DNA from: a virus
Taxonomy: Duplodnaviria; Caudoviricetes
Strand: one strand, 5' to 3'
IMG/VR virus record: IMGVR_UViG_3300025723_000013
DNA: 64,000 nucleotides
Every line of letters starts with the position of its first letter. Within the stretch, counting starts at the first letter, position 1. Position numbers and translations under genes: made by a program. Positions 50,814-58,624 of the stretch are shown in pieces. The notes below the pieces were generated by a model. That model saw nothing but the letters and a program-made list of their open reading frames with translations, had not been told where the DNA came from and searched no databases.

Positions 50814-51587
50814 TTACCTTTTAACTGTTTTAATTCCGTATTCTTCAAAAGTTAGTCCGACAAAATCTGTAAATTCTGGATGAATTAATACAAATATTTT
50901 ACTAATTATAGCATTTCTATTAATTACAATCAACGTATTTTTTGAAAATGTCGGATATAATTTTAACAAATCTATACTTCCTTCGCAGTATCCTTTTGGA
51001 GTTTCATATGCGTATTTTGATGCTGCTAAACTCCTAATTCTTGATCCTTTTTTAACATTTCTTTTTTTCCGAGCAGCAAGTGTTTTTTTTAATTTTGTTT
51101 CGATAGAATCTTTTCTTCCCTTTGCAATTGCTGCATAAAGCACACCGTTATATTTTTCAAATAGTTTTTTAGGTATTCTTGCAACTTCTTCTGTGATTAA
51201 ATGTTTTGCTACTACTGTATTTTTACTATATTGGCTAACTATTTTTGAGTGTTTTTCTCTGATATAGGAGTACACTCTATTAGTAATTTTATAATTTCTT
51301 CCAGAATGAATAGAATAAATCATTTTATGCAATGCCTTTATCATTTTAGGATTATTGGTAGCTTTTGCTAATAAAAGATGTGCGATAAAATGATGTCTAG
51401 CACTTAATTTAATTAAATTAGTTCCTTCTGTTCCTCCAATAGATCGAGGAACAATATGATGCATTTCGGTATATCCGGAAAAATTAATAGTTTTACAGAT
51501 TTCTATGAATTTAATATATCGTTCAATTAAAAGTATTTTAGGATTATGAGAATATTTTAACAAATATATTTTAAGGTCGTTAGACAT
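50814..51587 (-). CDS. Free-standing HNH homing endonuclease-like protein
   Basis: YTEMHHIVPRSIGG...NLIKLSARHHFIAHLLL; GGAG SD; very AT-rich insert within the metabolic cluster. Confidence 0.8.
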   Translation of the reverse strand: MSNDLKIYLLKYSHNPKILLIERYIKFIEICKTINFSGYTEMHHIVPRSIGGTEGTNLIKLSARHHFIAHLLLAKATNNPKMIKALHKMIYSIHSGRNYKITNRVYSYIREKHSKIVSQYSKNTVVAKHLITEEVARIPKKLFEKYNGVLYAAIAKGRKDSIETKLKKTLAARKKRNVKKGSRIRSLAASKYAYETPKGYCEGSIDLLKLYPTFSKNTLIVINRNAIISKIFVLIHPEFTDFVGLTFEEYGIKTVKR

Positions 51588-51604
51588 TAGATTTTACTCC
51601 AGTA

Positions 51605-51671
51605 AAGTAGTAGAAGGCTATCTGTGTTACTGGTACAGAAGGATGATCAGTCCTTTCGCCTTCTACCACTT
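51605..51671 (-). promoter_or_regulatory. Three-way-junction RNA structure and adjacent late promoter upstream of the HNH gene
   Basis: 14-bp outer stem (one G-U on the - strand) enclosing AGGA/UCCU and UCUGU/ACAGA hairpins; ATAAATA at 51671-51677. Confidence 0.55.
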
Positions 51672-52088
51672 ATTTATTTTAACATTATCTAAATTTGGAT
51701 CATGATAATTTCCTTTTCCTGGGATAACGTGCCTTACTCCACCTCTAGGATTGTCTACATCGCCAAATTTCCTTGGAATAAGATGCACATGCGGCCACAT
51801 CACAGTTTGTCCTGCAGCCTCGCCATAATTAATTCCTATATTGAATCCATCCCATACTTGATTTGTTACTTGATCTTTTCCATAACGAACAGCATCTTCA
51901 AATGCGTCATTTAGAATGTAGATACTATTATATCTTGGAACAAAAAGCAAATGTCCTTCACTTACCGGAAATTTATCTCGATATATGATCACATGAAAAT
52001 CTTCACGGAAAACATCTTTCCAAGGAACGTTTGCATCCTCAATCACTGCTGGTCCATCAAAAATCCTATCTACATCGATATTTGTCAT
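51663..52088 (-). CDS. HIT family nucleotide hydrolase
   Basis: FPVSEGHLLFVP, GFNIGINYGEAAGQTVMWPHVHLIPR. Confidence 0.85.
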   Translation of the reverse strand: MTNIDVDRIFDGPAVIEDANVPWKDVFREDFHVIIYRDKFPVSEGHLLFVPRYNSIYILNDAFEDAVRYGKDQVTNQVWDGFNIGINYGEAAGQTVMWPHVHLIPRKFGDVDNPRGGVRHVIPGKGNYHDPNLDNVKINKW

Positions 52089-52089
52089 G

Positions 52090-52620
52090 CTATTTCCACC
52101 ATACTTCGTAAGGAAATTCAATCCAAACATTGTCGTTGGATTTGTTGATCTCCATTCCCACAAAATCCATACTTACTTTACATTTGCTATCAAGATTATC
52201 TACTATCACTGCAAATTTAACATTGTTATTCCAAATATTATCCCATCGCTCAACAGAGCATATTCCCGTCTGCCAGTCGTTTATAATCCAATTAAACGTA
52301 GCACCACTATCGTTAATGTCATCCACGATCAGCATGTTTTTTGGAGCATCCATGTCGTAGCCATATGCGTCCTCGGCCATGGCACCATGACTGACACAGA
52401 TTCCTCCGTCGCGCAAACTGACTTCTAGAGGCTGCATAGGGATATCAAAATAATGACTGATCATGGTAGCGGCCATTAGTCCTCCGCGGCTGATTCCTAC
52501 CACGTAGTCAGGACGCCAACTGCTGTTTACAATTTGCCGGCATAGATCCGATACCAAATTTTCATATTGATCGTAAGTTAATCTTAATTTTTTAGTATTA
52601 GCCGACGACATTTTAGCCAT
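52090..52620 (-). CDS. Type I phosphoribosyltransferase (purine PRT-like)
   Basis: VVGISRGGL and PRPP-binding LIVDDINDSGAT. Confidence 0.85.
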   Translation of the reverse strand: MAKMSSANTKKLRLTYDQYENLVSDLCRQIVNSSWRPDYVVGISRGGLMAATMISHYFDIPMQPLEVSLRDGGICVSHGAMAEDAYGYDMDAPKNMLIVDDINDSGATFNWIINDWQTGICSVERWDNIWNNNVKFAVIVDNLDSKCKVSMDFVGMEINKSNDNVWIEFPYEVWWK

Positions 52621-53305
52621 GTCCTTTCATGGAAAGACAAATATCATAAAATTCTTTTTTCAATGCAGGATCACTGTTAAACGCACCCAACATGATAGCA
52701 GTAGTCATGTCGCTTTCATGTTCTCGAACTCCTCGCTGTGTCATGCAGTGATGTTCTGCCTTTACTACCACTGCAATATGCTCTGTCTTGGCATACTCTC
52801 GCAACGCATCTGCGATTTGTGTAGTCATTTCTTCTTGTATCTGCGGACGTTCACAGATATGATGCACCAGTCTATTGAATTTACTGAGACCAATAACATC
52901 ATCTTGTGGAACAATGCCAACCCAACATTTTCCAACGATATTTTGAAAATGATGCGCACATGTTGAACGGATGCTGATAGGACCAGTGGTATATAAACTT
53001 TTGTAACCCATGTTGGGAAAAGCAGTGATTTTAGGAACTGCTCGATAACGTCCGCTAAAAGTTTCCTTGATAAACATTTTGGCCACACGACGCGCAGTGT
53101 CTTTGGTATTATGATCATTGTCAATGTCGATCACCAAAGATTTTAACACGCCCTGCATCTTTTCTGCCACTTCTTTTACTAATTGTTCAAGTTCTTCGTC
53201 GTCCTTGATAAACTCAGAAATGTTATCATTGCTGTGATAACGAGCGCCAGAGAGTTCAACTCGATTTCTAATAATATCGCTTATGTTTTGCATTTTTTCC
53301 TCCAT
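52613..53305 (-). CDS. folE: GTP cyclohydrolase I
   Basis: TARRVAKMF, STCAHHFQNIVG, GLSKFNR, QIQEEMT, AEHHCMTQRG. Confidence 0.95.
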   Translation of the reverse strand: MEEKMQNISDIIRNRVELSGARYHSNDNISEFIKDDEELEQLVKEVAEKMQGVLKSLVIDIDNDHNTKDTARRVAKMFIKETFSGRYRAVPKITAFPNMGYKSLYTTGPISIRSTCAHHFQNIVGKCWVGIVPQDDVIGLSKFNRLVHHICERPQIQEEMTTQIADALREYAKTEHIAVVVKAEHHCMTQRGVREHESDMTTAIMLGAFNSDPALKKEFYDICLSMKGHG

Positions 53306-53310
53306 TGCCT

Positions 53311-53352
53311 ATAATAGCAAAGATATTTAGGCAAAGTCAAATCTGCCTAAAT
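53311..53352 (-). promoter_or_regulatory. Sigma70-like promoter for folE overlapped by a 9-bp inverted repeat
   Basis: TTGACT-18 nt-TATTAT; ATTTAGGCA (53325-53333) / TGCCTAAAT (53344-53352). Confidence 0.45.
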
Positions 53353-53360
53353 AAATTGTG

Positions 53361-54548
53361 TTAAAATTTGTGTTCTCTATTATGTTTACGATAATCGGTA
53401 GACATGCGTAACCACTGTTCGCCGTTGCCTTCAATGATATCAACAATTCGATCAATGGTTTTATCAGTCCAATCGCTAATCTTGCCCATACCGGTGTGAG
53501 GATTTTGCAGCAGGATTTTTAATTTATCAATTGCGTCATCAATGGACCAGGGCGTGTACAAACGTGTATAATCATTGGAAAAAGTTTCTGGAAAACTGCG
53601 ATAAGCAGGATACAGCACATTGCATCCTAGGGTATCTGCTTCAGATACAGTATTAGATACCCAATCTTGCAACGCACAATTAAATAGAACACGAGTATCA
53701 TTGAGCAAATCATAGTAAGAATTCTTTTCTAAGTCCTCGTAAACAGTGAGCAAGTTTCGCTGTTGCAATTCGCGTGTGCGAGACATATAACTTTCATTAT
53801 TAGATCTAAGTTTAGAACCAGAAAAAACTGCAAACTCTACACTAGGCAAACTCATTGAATGCCATTTTTCAATCAAATCCATATAGAAGTCTGGCTGTTT
53901 TTCTTGATCCCAACGGGCAGCAAATCCAACTCGCATGGTTCGCTCATGGAAAGGTTTGATTTGATTGTTGACTCTTTCAAGCACCTCTGTTTTACCAAAA
54001 GCCAGTCCTGAAATGTTATAGATTGGAGCCGTCCATCCTGCAACCTTCATGTGCATGACCATTTCTTCGTTGGATGCAAGGACCGCTCCTTTGGAAATGC
54101 TAACAATTTCGTTAACCATGCGCTCGTAATCGCCCATCCATTTCTGCAATCCCCAGACATGAACAAAATCATCAGGATCAATTGATTGCGCAAGACAACG
54201 TACAAAAATACGAGGACGCATATTTTCAGGAATTTGGTTGATAATATATCCCAAACTTTCAAAGCCGGGTTGAAACATATCTTCAAAGTAAATAACATCG
54301 TCGCTGTTAACTTCACCCTGCTGCATCAGTCGTACAAGATTCATCATTTGACTCATACTAAAATAAGATCGACCGTGTGCATCAAGCACTTGCCCGACAA
54401 CGATTTTTTGACTGCTATCCAGGGTAAGACCCGGAACATATGACACAGTAAGTCCGCGTCGGTTAAAAACTCTGGTGTTCCATTCACTTAATTGTAAAGT
54501 ATAACGGGCTTGATAGGATTCAAGCCCCATATAATATAATTGTCTCAT
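53361..54548 (-). CDS. GT-B fold glycosyltransferase within the 7-deazaguanine cluster
   Basis: RVGFAARWDQEKQP, YDLLNDTRVLFNCALQDWVSNTVSEADTLGCNVLYP..RSFPE resemble the GT4-type donor-binding domain. Confidence 0.7.
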   Translation of the reverse strand: MRQLYYMGLESYQARYTLQLSEWNTRVFNRRGLTVSYVPGLTLDSSQKIVVGQVLDAHGRSYFSMSQMMNLVRLMQQGEVNSDDVIYFEDMFQPGFESLGYIINQIPENMRPRIFVRCLAQSIDPDDFVHVWGLQKWMGDYERMVNEIVSISKGAVLASNEEMVMHMKVAGWTAPIYNISGLAFGKTEVLERVNNQIKPFHERTMRVGFAARWDQEKQPDFYMDLIEKWHSMSLPSVEFAVFSGSKLRSNNESYMSRTRELQQRNLLTVYEDLEKNSYYDLLNDTRVLFNCALQDWVSNTVSEADTLGCNVLYPAYRSFPETFSNDYTRLYTPWSIDDAIDKLKILLQNPHTGMGKISDWTDKTIDRIVDIIEGNGEQWLRMSTDYRKHNREHKF

Positions 54549-54550
54549 TG

Positions 54551-54832
54551 TTAATTCTTCTTGATATAAGATTTACGATCTTGATTATTGGAAAACTTTG
54601 CATCTGAACGATCCTTATTGTGAGATCGATCTCGATAATCTCTATTTGATTTTCCAGACTGAGATTTTTGAAAGTAACGGTATTCCTTGGATCTATATAA
54701 ATCCGAAGGATTGAATGGAAGTAGATTAAATCTACAGTGATCATGCCATGCTTCGAGATCTTCGAAGATCCTGGTTACTTCCGGTTTCATACGCGAAGAT
54801 TTATAGTTATTGTTGTAATTGCTGTTTGACAT
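54551..54832 (-). CDS. Hypothetical small protein
   Basis: AAGGAG SD; basic C-terminus. Confidence 0.65.
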   Translation of the reverse strand: MSNSNYNNNYKSSRMKPEVTRIFEDLEAWHDHCRFNLLPFNPSDLYRSKEYRYFQKSQSGKSNRDYRDRSHNKDRSDAKFSNNQDRKSYIKKN

Positions 54833-54855
54833 TTTTACTTCCTTATTTTTAAGGT

Positions 54856-55227
54856 TTATAGATGTGTTGGAAATTGAATGAAGCAGCCATTCTCGCCATC
54901 TTCACTCACGGAAATCCAAACCTCACGGATTGGATATCGTGCGTTAATTGTGTGATAAAGATCACGTGCAATCATTTCGCAGGATTTATAGTTAAGCTCA
55001 AGTGTGCCATTGGAGTAGCAGCTCTCAAGCCAACGTTTAAACTGGATAAATTCTAAGTCTCGATCATCATGATACACCTCAATCCATACCTTGAAATGAA
55101 AGATATGACGATGTGGATAACTTAGAAAACTAACATCCTCTAATTCCGGGGAGGTAGCCGCGCCGGGATATCGATGTATACCTTCTTTTTGGAAGGTTAC
55201 CCAAATCATTGATTTTTCTTTATTCAT
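54856..55227 (-). CDS. queD: QueD-like 6-carboxytetrahydropterin synthase (T-fold)
   Basis: HRHIFH metal His cluster, SCE, and C-terminal VSEDGENG. Confidence 0.7.
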   Translation of the reverse strand: MNKEKSMIWVTFQKEGIHRYPGAATSPELEDVSFLSYPHRHIFHFKVWIEVYHDDRDLEFIQFKRWLESCYSNGTLELNYKSCEMIARDLYHTINARYPIREVWISVSEDGENGCFIQFPTHL

Positions 55228-55732
55228 TGACTGTTTCTCGCAAAGTGTCTGAAATATAAAAACTTAATTCTTCGTAGTTAAAAGCGGTATCAAAATTATT
55301 TAAAATTAAATTTTTAAGATACGGGTATGCAATTTTTTCTCCAGGAATATTGAGTGTACAACATTTGCTGTTCGGCGATGAATACTTTTCTGGCAATTTA
55401 ATTTTTTTAATTTTCAGTTTGTATTCTGAAATAATAGCATTTACTATGACAACTATATGACTTTCGGATATATTATATAATTCTGTGGCACTACTTCCTA
55501 ATAAAAATTTTGCCGATCTTGTGTATGCAAAATTTTTAAAAACTCTTTCAAGCATTGTTATATCAGTAAATTCGCCAAAGTAAAGATGACTCAAATAAAA
55601 ATATTTTGATGTATATTTTTGCCTGGCTCTTACCACCGAGTGAGGAGTTATTCCTACTCCTATTTTATTCCACGACGTGTCCCCTGCCATATCCGGATGG
55701 ATATAGAAAAAGGGACTTACATTCTTTTTCAT
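55220..55732 (-). CDS. Hypothetical protein, possibly a degenerate GIY-YIG/T5orf172-like nuclease
   Basis: FFYI...NKIGVG...R..Q...LER..K...TELY pattern; AT-rich. Confidence 0.4.
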   Translation of the reverse strand: MKKNVSPFFYIHPDMAGDTSWNKIGVGITPHSVVRARQKYTSKYFYLSHLYFGEFTDITMLERVFKNFAYTRSAKFLLGSSATELYNISESHIVVIVNAIISEYKLKIKKIKLPEKYSSPNSKCCTLNIPGEKIAYPYLKNLILNNFDTAFNYEELSFYISDTLRETVNE

Positions 55733-56253
55733 TTAATTACCTCATCGTTTTTATATTGAAACCAATTGGTGAATGTATCTCTGCTCATCAAACTCTGCAG
55801 ACTGTGTGTCCAAACGCCGGGATTTGTAGAATCAAAATCTTTATCATCAATTTTGATCATGGTATTATAATTCCACAGCTTGAGATAAGGTATTGGAATA
55901 CGAATTTGTGGAATAAAATTATTATAGTTGTTTAACCCGCCGTCGTTGAATTCTTCTACAGCCGACAGTGGGATATCTAAAGTGCACCAAAAATCTTTTT
56001 CAAGAAAGGCAGAAATCATTTTCTCCCATGCACGCCATTCGTCGGCATTGTTATAGGCAGGATTAAAACTGTGATTGGCACCAAAGAAAATATGCTTGCA
56101 GCCATTGAATAGTGTTTTTTCATATATGGATTCAAATGAATGTAACCCTACTACAAACAATGTTTTCATTCCGTAGGCAGGAGTTTTTTCAACTTCTATT
56201 CCTACAAAAAACATCACGTCATCGGATTCGCCGGATTCATAATATCTTTTCAT
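55729..56253 (-). CDS. Hypothetical protein associated with the deazaguanine cluster
   Basis: 174 aa; FFVGIEVEKTPAYGMKTLFVVG, HIFFGANHSF, KIDDKDF..TNPGVW. Confidence 0.7.
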   Translation of the reverse strand: MKRYYESGESDDVMFFVGIEVEKTPAYGMKTLFVVGLHSFESIYEKTLFNGCKHIFFGANHSFNPAYNNADEWRAWEKMISAFLEKDFWCTLDIPLSAVEEFNDGGLNNYNNFIPQIRIPIPYLKLWNYNTMIKIDDKDFDSTNPGVWTHSLQSLMSRDTFTNWFQYKNDEVIK

Positions 56254-56258
56254 TATTT

Positions 56259-56287
56259 AATATACTATCTTTAATATTAATTGTCAA
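56259..56287 (-). promoter_or_regulatory. Sigma70-type promoter positioned for a leaderless mRNA
   Basis: TTGACA-17 nt-TATATT, then 5 nt to ATG 56253; no SD. Confidence 0.55.
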
Positions 56288-57833
56288 CACTATTTTCCAA
56301 GGCTCTCAAGGCGTCATCCTCGGGATTATTTAAATCTATTTCTTCAACCTTGGTAACTTCGTCGATTTGAAATAAATTGCTAAAAGCATTATCACTTTTT
56401 CCGTCTGTAGTGTTTCTTGCACCTGCTAGATTAATTAAAAATGCCTTAGCAGTGGGATGTTCCAGCATTTCCATAGCCTCACTTAAATTTTTAGTTGCAA
56501 ATAATTCTTCTACAAAACGATCAAAATAAAGAATGTTTCTTGGAACCCATTCGCTATATTGATCACTGGAAAGATCTTTATCCTTTAATTTTTTCCAATG
56601 ACGCCAATCGGGACGGAATCTAGCGCGTTCAATATCCATCAATTGATTGGCACGTTGGACCGCAGCTATATGACAATAAACGTTGTGTCCCATCATTAGT
56701 GCATAGGAAAAACTATCCCATGACGTTTTTCCTTCTTTGCCAATTTTATTCAGCATCCCTGGGGCGTAATGACAAATATCTCCAATAGTTAATCTGCGTC
56801 CAAATTCGCTTTCAAAAGGAAAAGGAATATCAGATTTTGACAATGCTTTGTTATCAGGAGCTTTATCCATTACTACTCCAAATTTCTTGGCAGTATGGCG
56901 TGCGTTTGTATAAACCAGTCCGTGTGCGGTAGCTACAAAGGGACTGGCACAGTCAAAACTAATTGTGAGATTTTCATTGACAGTCTGTCTAATCTGTCTT
57001 TGTATAGAAGTTAAAAAACAAGCCCAGTCTAGCTGTGCTGTACCTAGGCAGTGTATCCAATTTTTATCTTGTAAAAATCCTTCTTCTCTCATGATCATCA
57101 AGCGTTTGAGAGTAATGTCCATTTTGCTCATATTAACACCGCCAAATGCCCACCCTTCGGCAGCACGATCTCCCCAAACTTTTGGATCACTGAATTCTTT
57201 TACTCCTTCGTACCAAGTTTGTGCACTGATCCAGTCACTGCCTTGTAGTACATTGAGCCATTTTGTTTTACCCGATGAATTTTTTAAAAAATATTCATTG
57301 TTGTATCTTGTTTTTTCCAAGCAATCCTGTGGACTTGTTAGCCCGGTTCTGGCAGTATTGTTTTTATCACATGCCCAAATAGGTACATCCAACATCATGG
57401 ACCAATCGGCGGTAAGCTCTAACCATGCGATAATATCATCTCTTACTTTATTGGCAGCAGGACCCTGGAAATTTAACCAATCAAATTTTAGAATTCCTTT
57501 TCCAATTTGATATCCGCCAGAGTCTCCTAGGATCATGGTGTTATTACGATCTCGTTTCTGTATCATGGATTCCTGGACTAGGCTTTTTTTGAGATCCAAT
57601 TGAGCATGCCCTGCAGAATATAATGCATACTTGTAGGTAAAATAGCCTTCTTCTGGATTGAGAAAATTCATGCCTTCAATTCCTCGATCAAAATCCTTAG
57701 GAATACGATCTAGAGGCACAAATTCCTCCAAACGCTGCTTGGCAATATATGTGCTATAAAAACTACTAATTGCTGGAAGATATACAGAATAGTCTTTTTG
57801 TAGTGGTGTTAAATCTACTGGTGGTCTTTTCAT
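56277..57833 (-). CDS. tRNA-guanine transglycosylase (TGT)/DpdA-like guanine exchange enzyme
   Basis: ILGDSGGYQ, MLDVP, NVLQG, GWAFGG, WIHCLG and FDCASP follow the order of TGT-barrel motifs; same cluster as folE, queD and queE. Confidence 0.75.
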   Translation of the reverse strand: MKRPPVDLTPLQKDYSVYLPAISSFYSTYIAKQRLEEFVPLDRIPKDFDRGIEGMNFLNPEEGYFTYKYALYSAGHAQLDLKKSLVQESMIQKRDRNNTMILGDSGGYQIGKGILKFDWLNFQGPAANKVRDDIIAWLELTADWSMMLDVPIWACDKNNTARTGLTSPQDCLEKTRYNNEYFLKNSSGKTKWLNVLQGSDWISAQTWYEGVKEFSDPKVWGDRAAEGWAFGGVNMSKMDITLKRLMIMREEGFLQDKNWIHCLGTAQLDWACFLTSIQRQIRQTVNENLTISFDCASPFVATAHGLVYTNARHTAKKFGVVMDKAPDNKALSKSDIPFPFESEFGRRLTIGDICHYAPGMLNKIGKEGKTSWDSFSYALMMGHNVYCHIAAVQRANQLMDIERARFRPDWRHWKKLKDKDLSSDQYSEWVPRNILYFDRFVEELFATKNLSEAMEMLEHPTAKAFLINLAGARNTTDGKSDNAFSNLFQIDEVTKVEEIDLNNPEDDALRALENSVDN

Positions 57834-57835
57834 TT

Positions 57836-58570
57836 TTACGCCTGTGCTGGAATAATATATTTGTAAGTTGCTAAACCGCTATCCATTGTGATCTGCAAAG
57901 CCCCGGCATCGCTGATGCTTAATTTACAGTTATTGACATCGGCAATTTTTAACACGCTTAGGATGGCAGCAATTGGCCATGTGTGAGAACGTGACAGCTT
58001 TCCTGTAACGTTGTTTGCAAATACAAACTCACCGCCGTGTGTGCTATGATCGCCAAAAATAAATTTTAAGTTATTTCCTTCAATTTTAGGAAGAAATGTT
58101 GTATGCTCGCTATTAGCACCGGCCTGAAAGCTAAACCGCTGCACGGATTGCAAGGTAGGAGTTACTTCAACATCCCAATTAGCTCCGCGGAATTTTACTG
58201 TTTTTAATTTTTCATTAATAATTTCGGTATTCATAAATCGATAGTCATTTTTAAAATCGCCATTTTTATTTTCAAAATGAATGCCAACAGGCACTTTTAC
58301 TCCATTACGATTGTCTGTAATAATATCAAGTTTGGCATCTTCTTTATATTCATCGCCGTCAAGCAGATATTTAAGTTTGTTAAGTTGAGGCATACCAAAC
58401 ACACCAATCATTTCCGGATATGGATTGTTGGTTTCTCCATACATGATAAGAGATCTGTCGTCGCTCATGGCATCGATCTTGGTAGATGTTTTATCTCCAG
58501 TAATTTTTACAATGTTTAAAAAACCTAAACTATGAGTATGACTCACGATATCTTGTAGAATTTCTTTCAT
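57836..58570 (-). CDS. gp45: DNA polymerase sliding clamp (gp45-like)
   Basis: 244 aa, directly downstream of PolB; size and C-terminal G.LQITMDSGLATYKYIIPA are consistent with a clamp. Confidence 0.6.
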   Translation of the reverse strand: MKEILQDIVSHTHSLGFLNIVKITGDKTSTKIDAMSDDRSLIMYGETNNPYPEMIGVFGMPQLNKLKYLLDGDEYKEDAKLDIITDNRNGVKVPVGIHFENKNGDFKNDYRFMNTEIINEKLKTVKFRGANWDVEVTPTLQSVQRFSFQAGANSEHTTFLPKIEGNNLKFIFGDHSTHGGEFVFANNVTGKLSRSHTWPIAAILSVLKIADVNNCKLSISDAGALQITMDSGLATYKYIIPAQA

Positions 58571-58588
58571 TTTATTATCCTTTTTTTA

Positions 58589-58617
58589 ATTATATTTAGA
58601 AAACTTTTTTTTGTCAA
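58589..58617 (-). promoter_or_regulatory. Consensus sigma70 promoter
   Basis: TTGACA-17 nt-TATAAT, exact consensus, upstream of the clamp and TGT-like genes. Confidence 0.8.
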
Positions 58618-58624
58618 TAATTTT

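Noticed and set aside
51610-51666. Hammerhead ribozyme resemblance (C-GAAA, NUH-like UUC, three stems)
   Set aside because: The core strand reads CAGAUA instead of the required CUGANGA, so it is not called a ribozyme; kept only as a structured leader.
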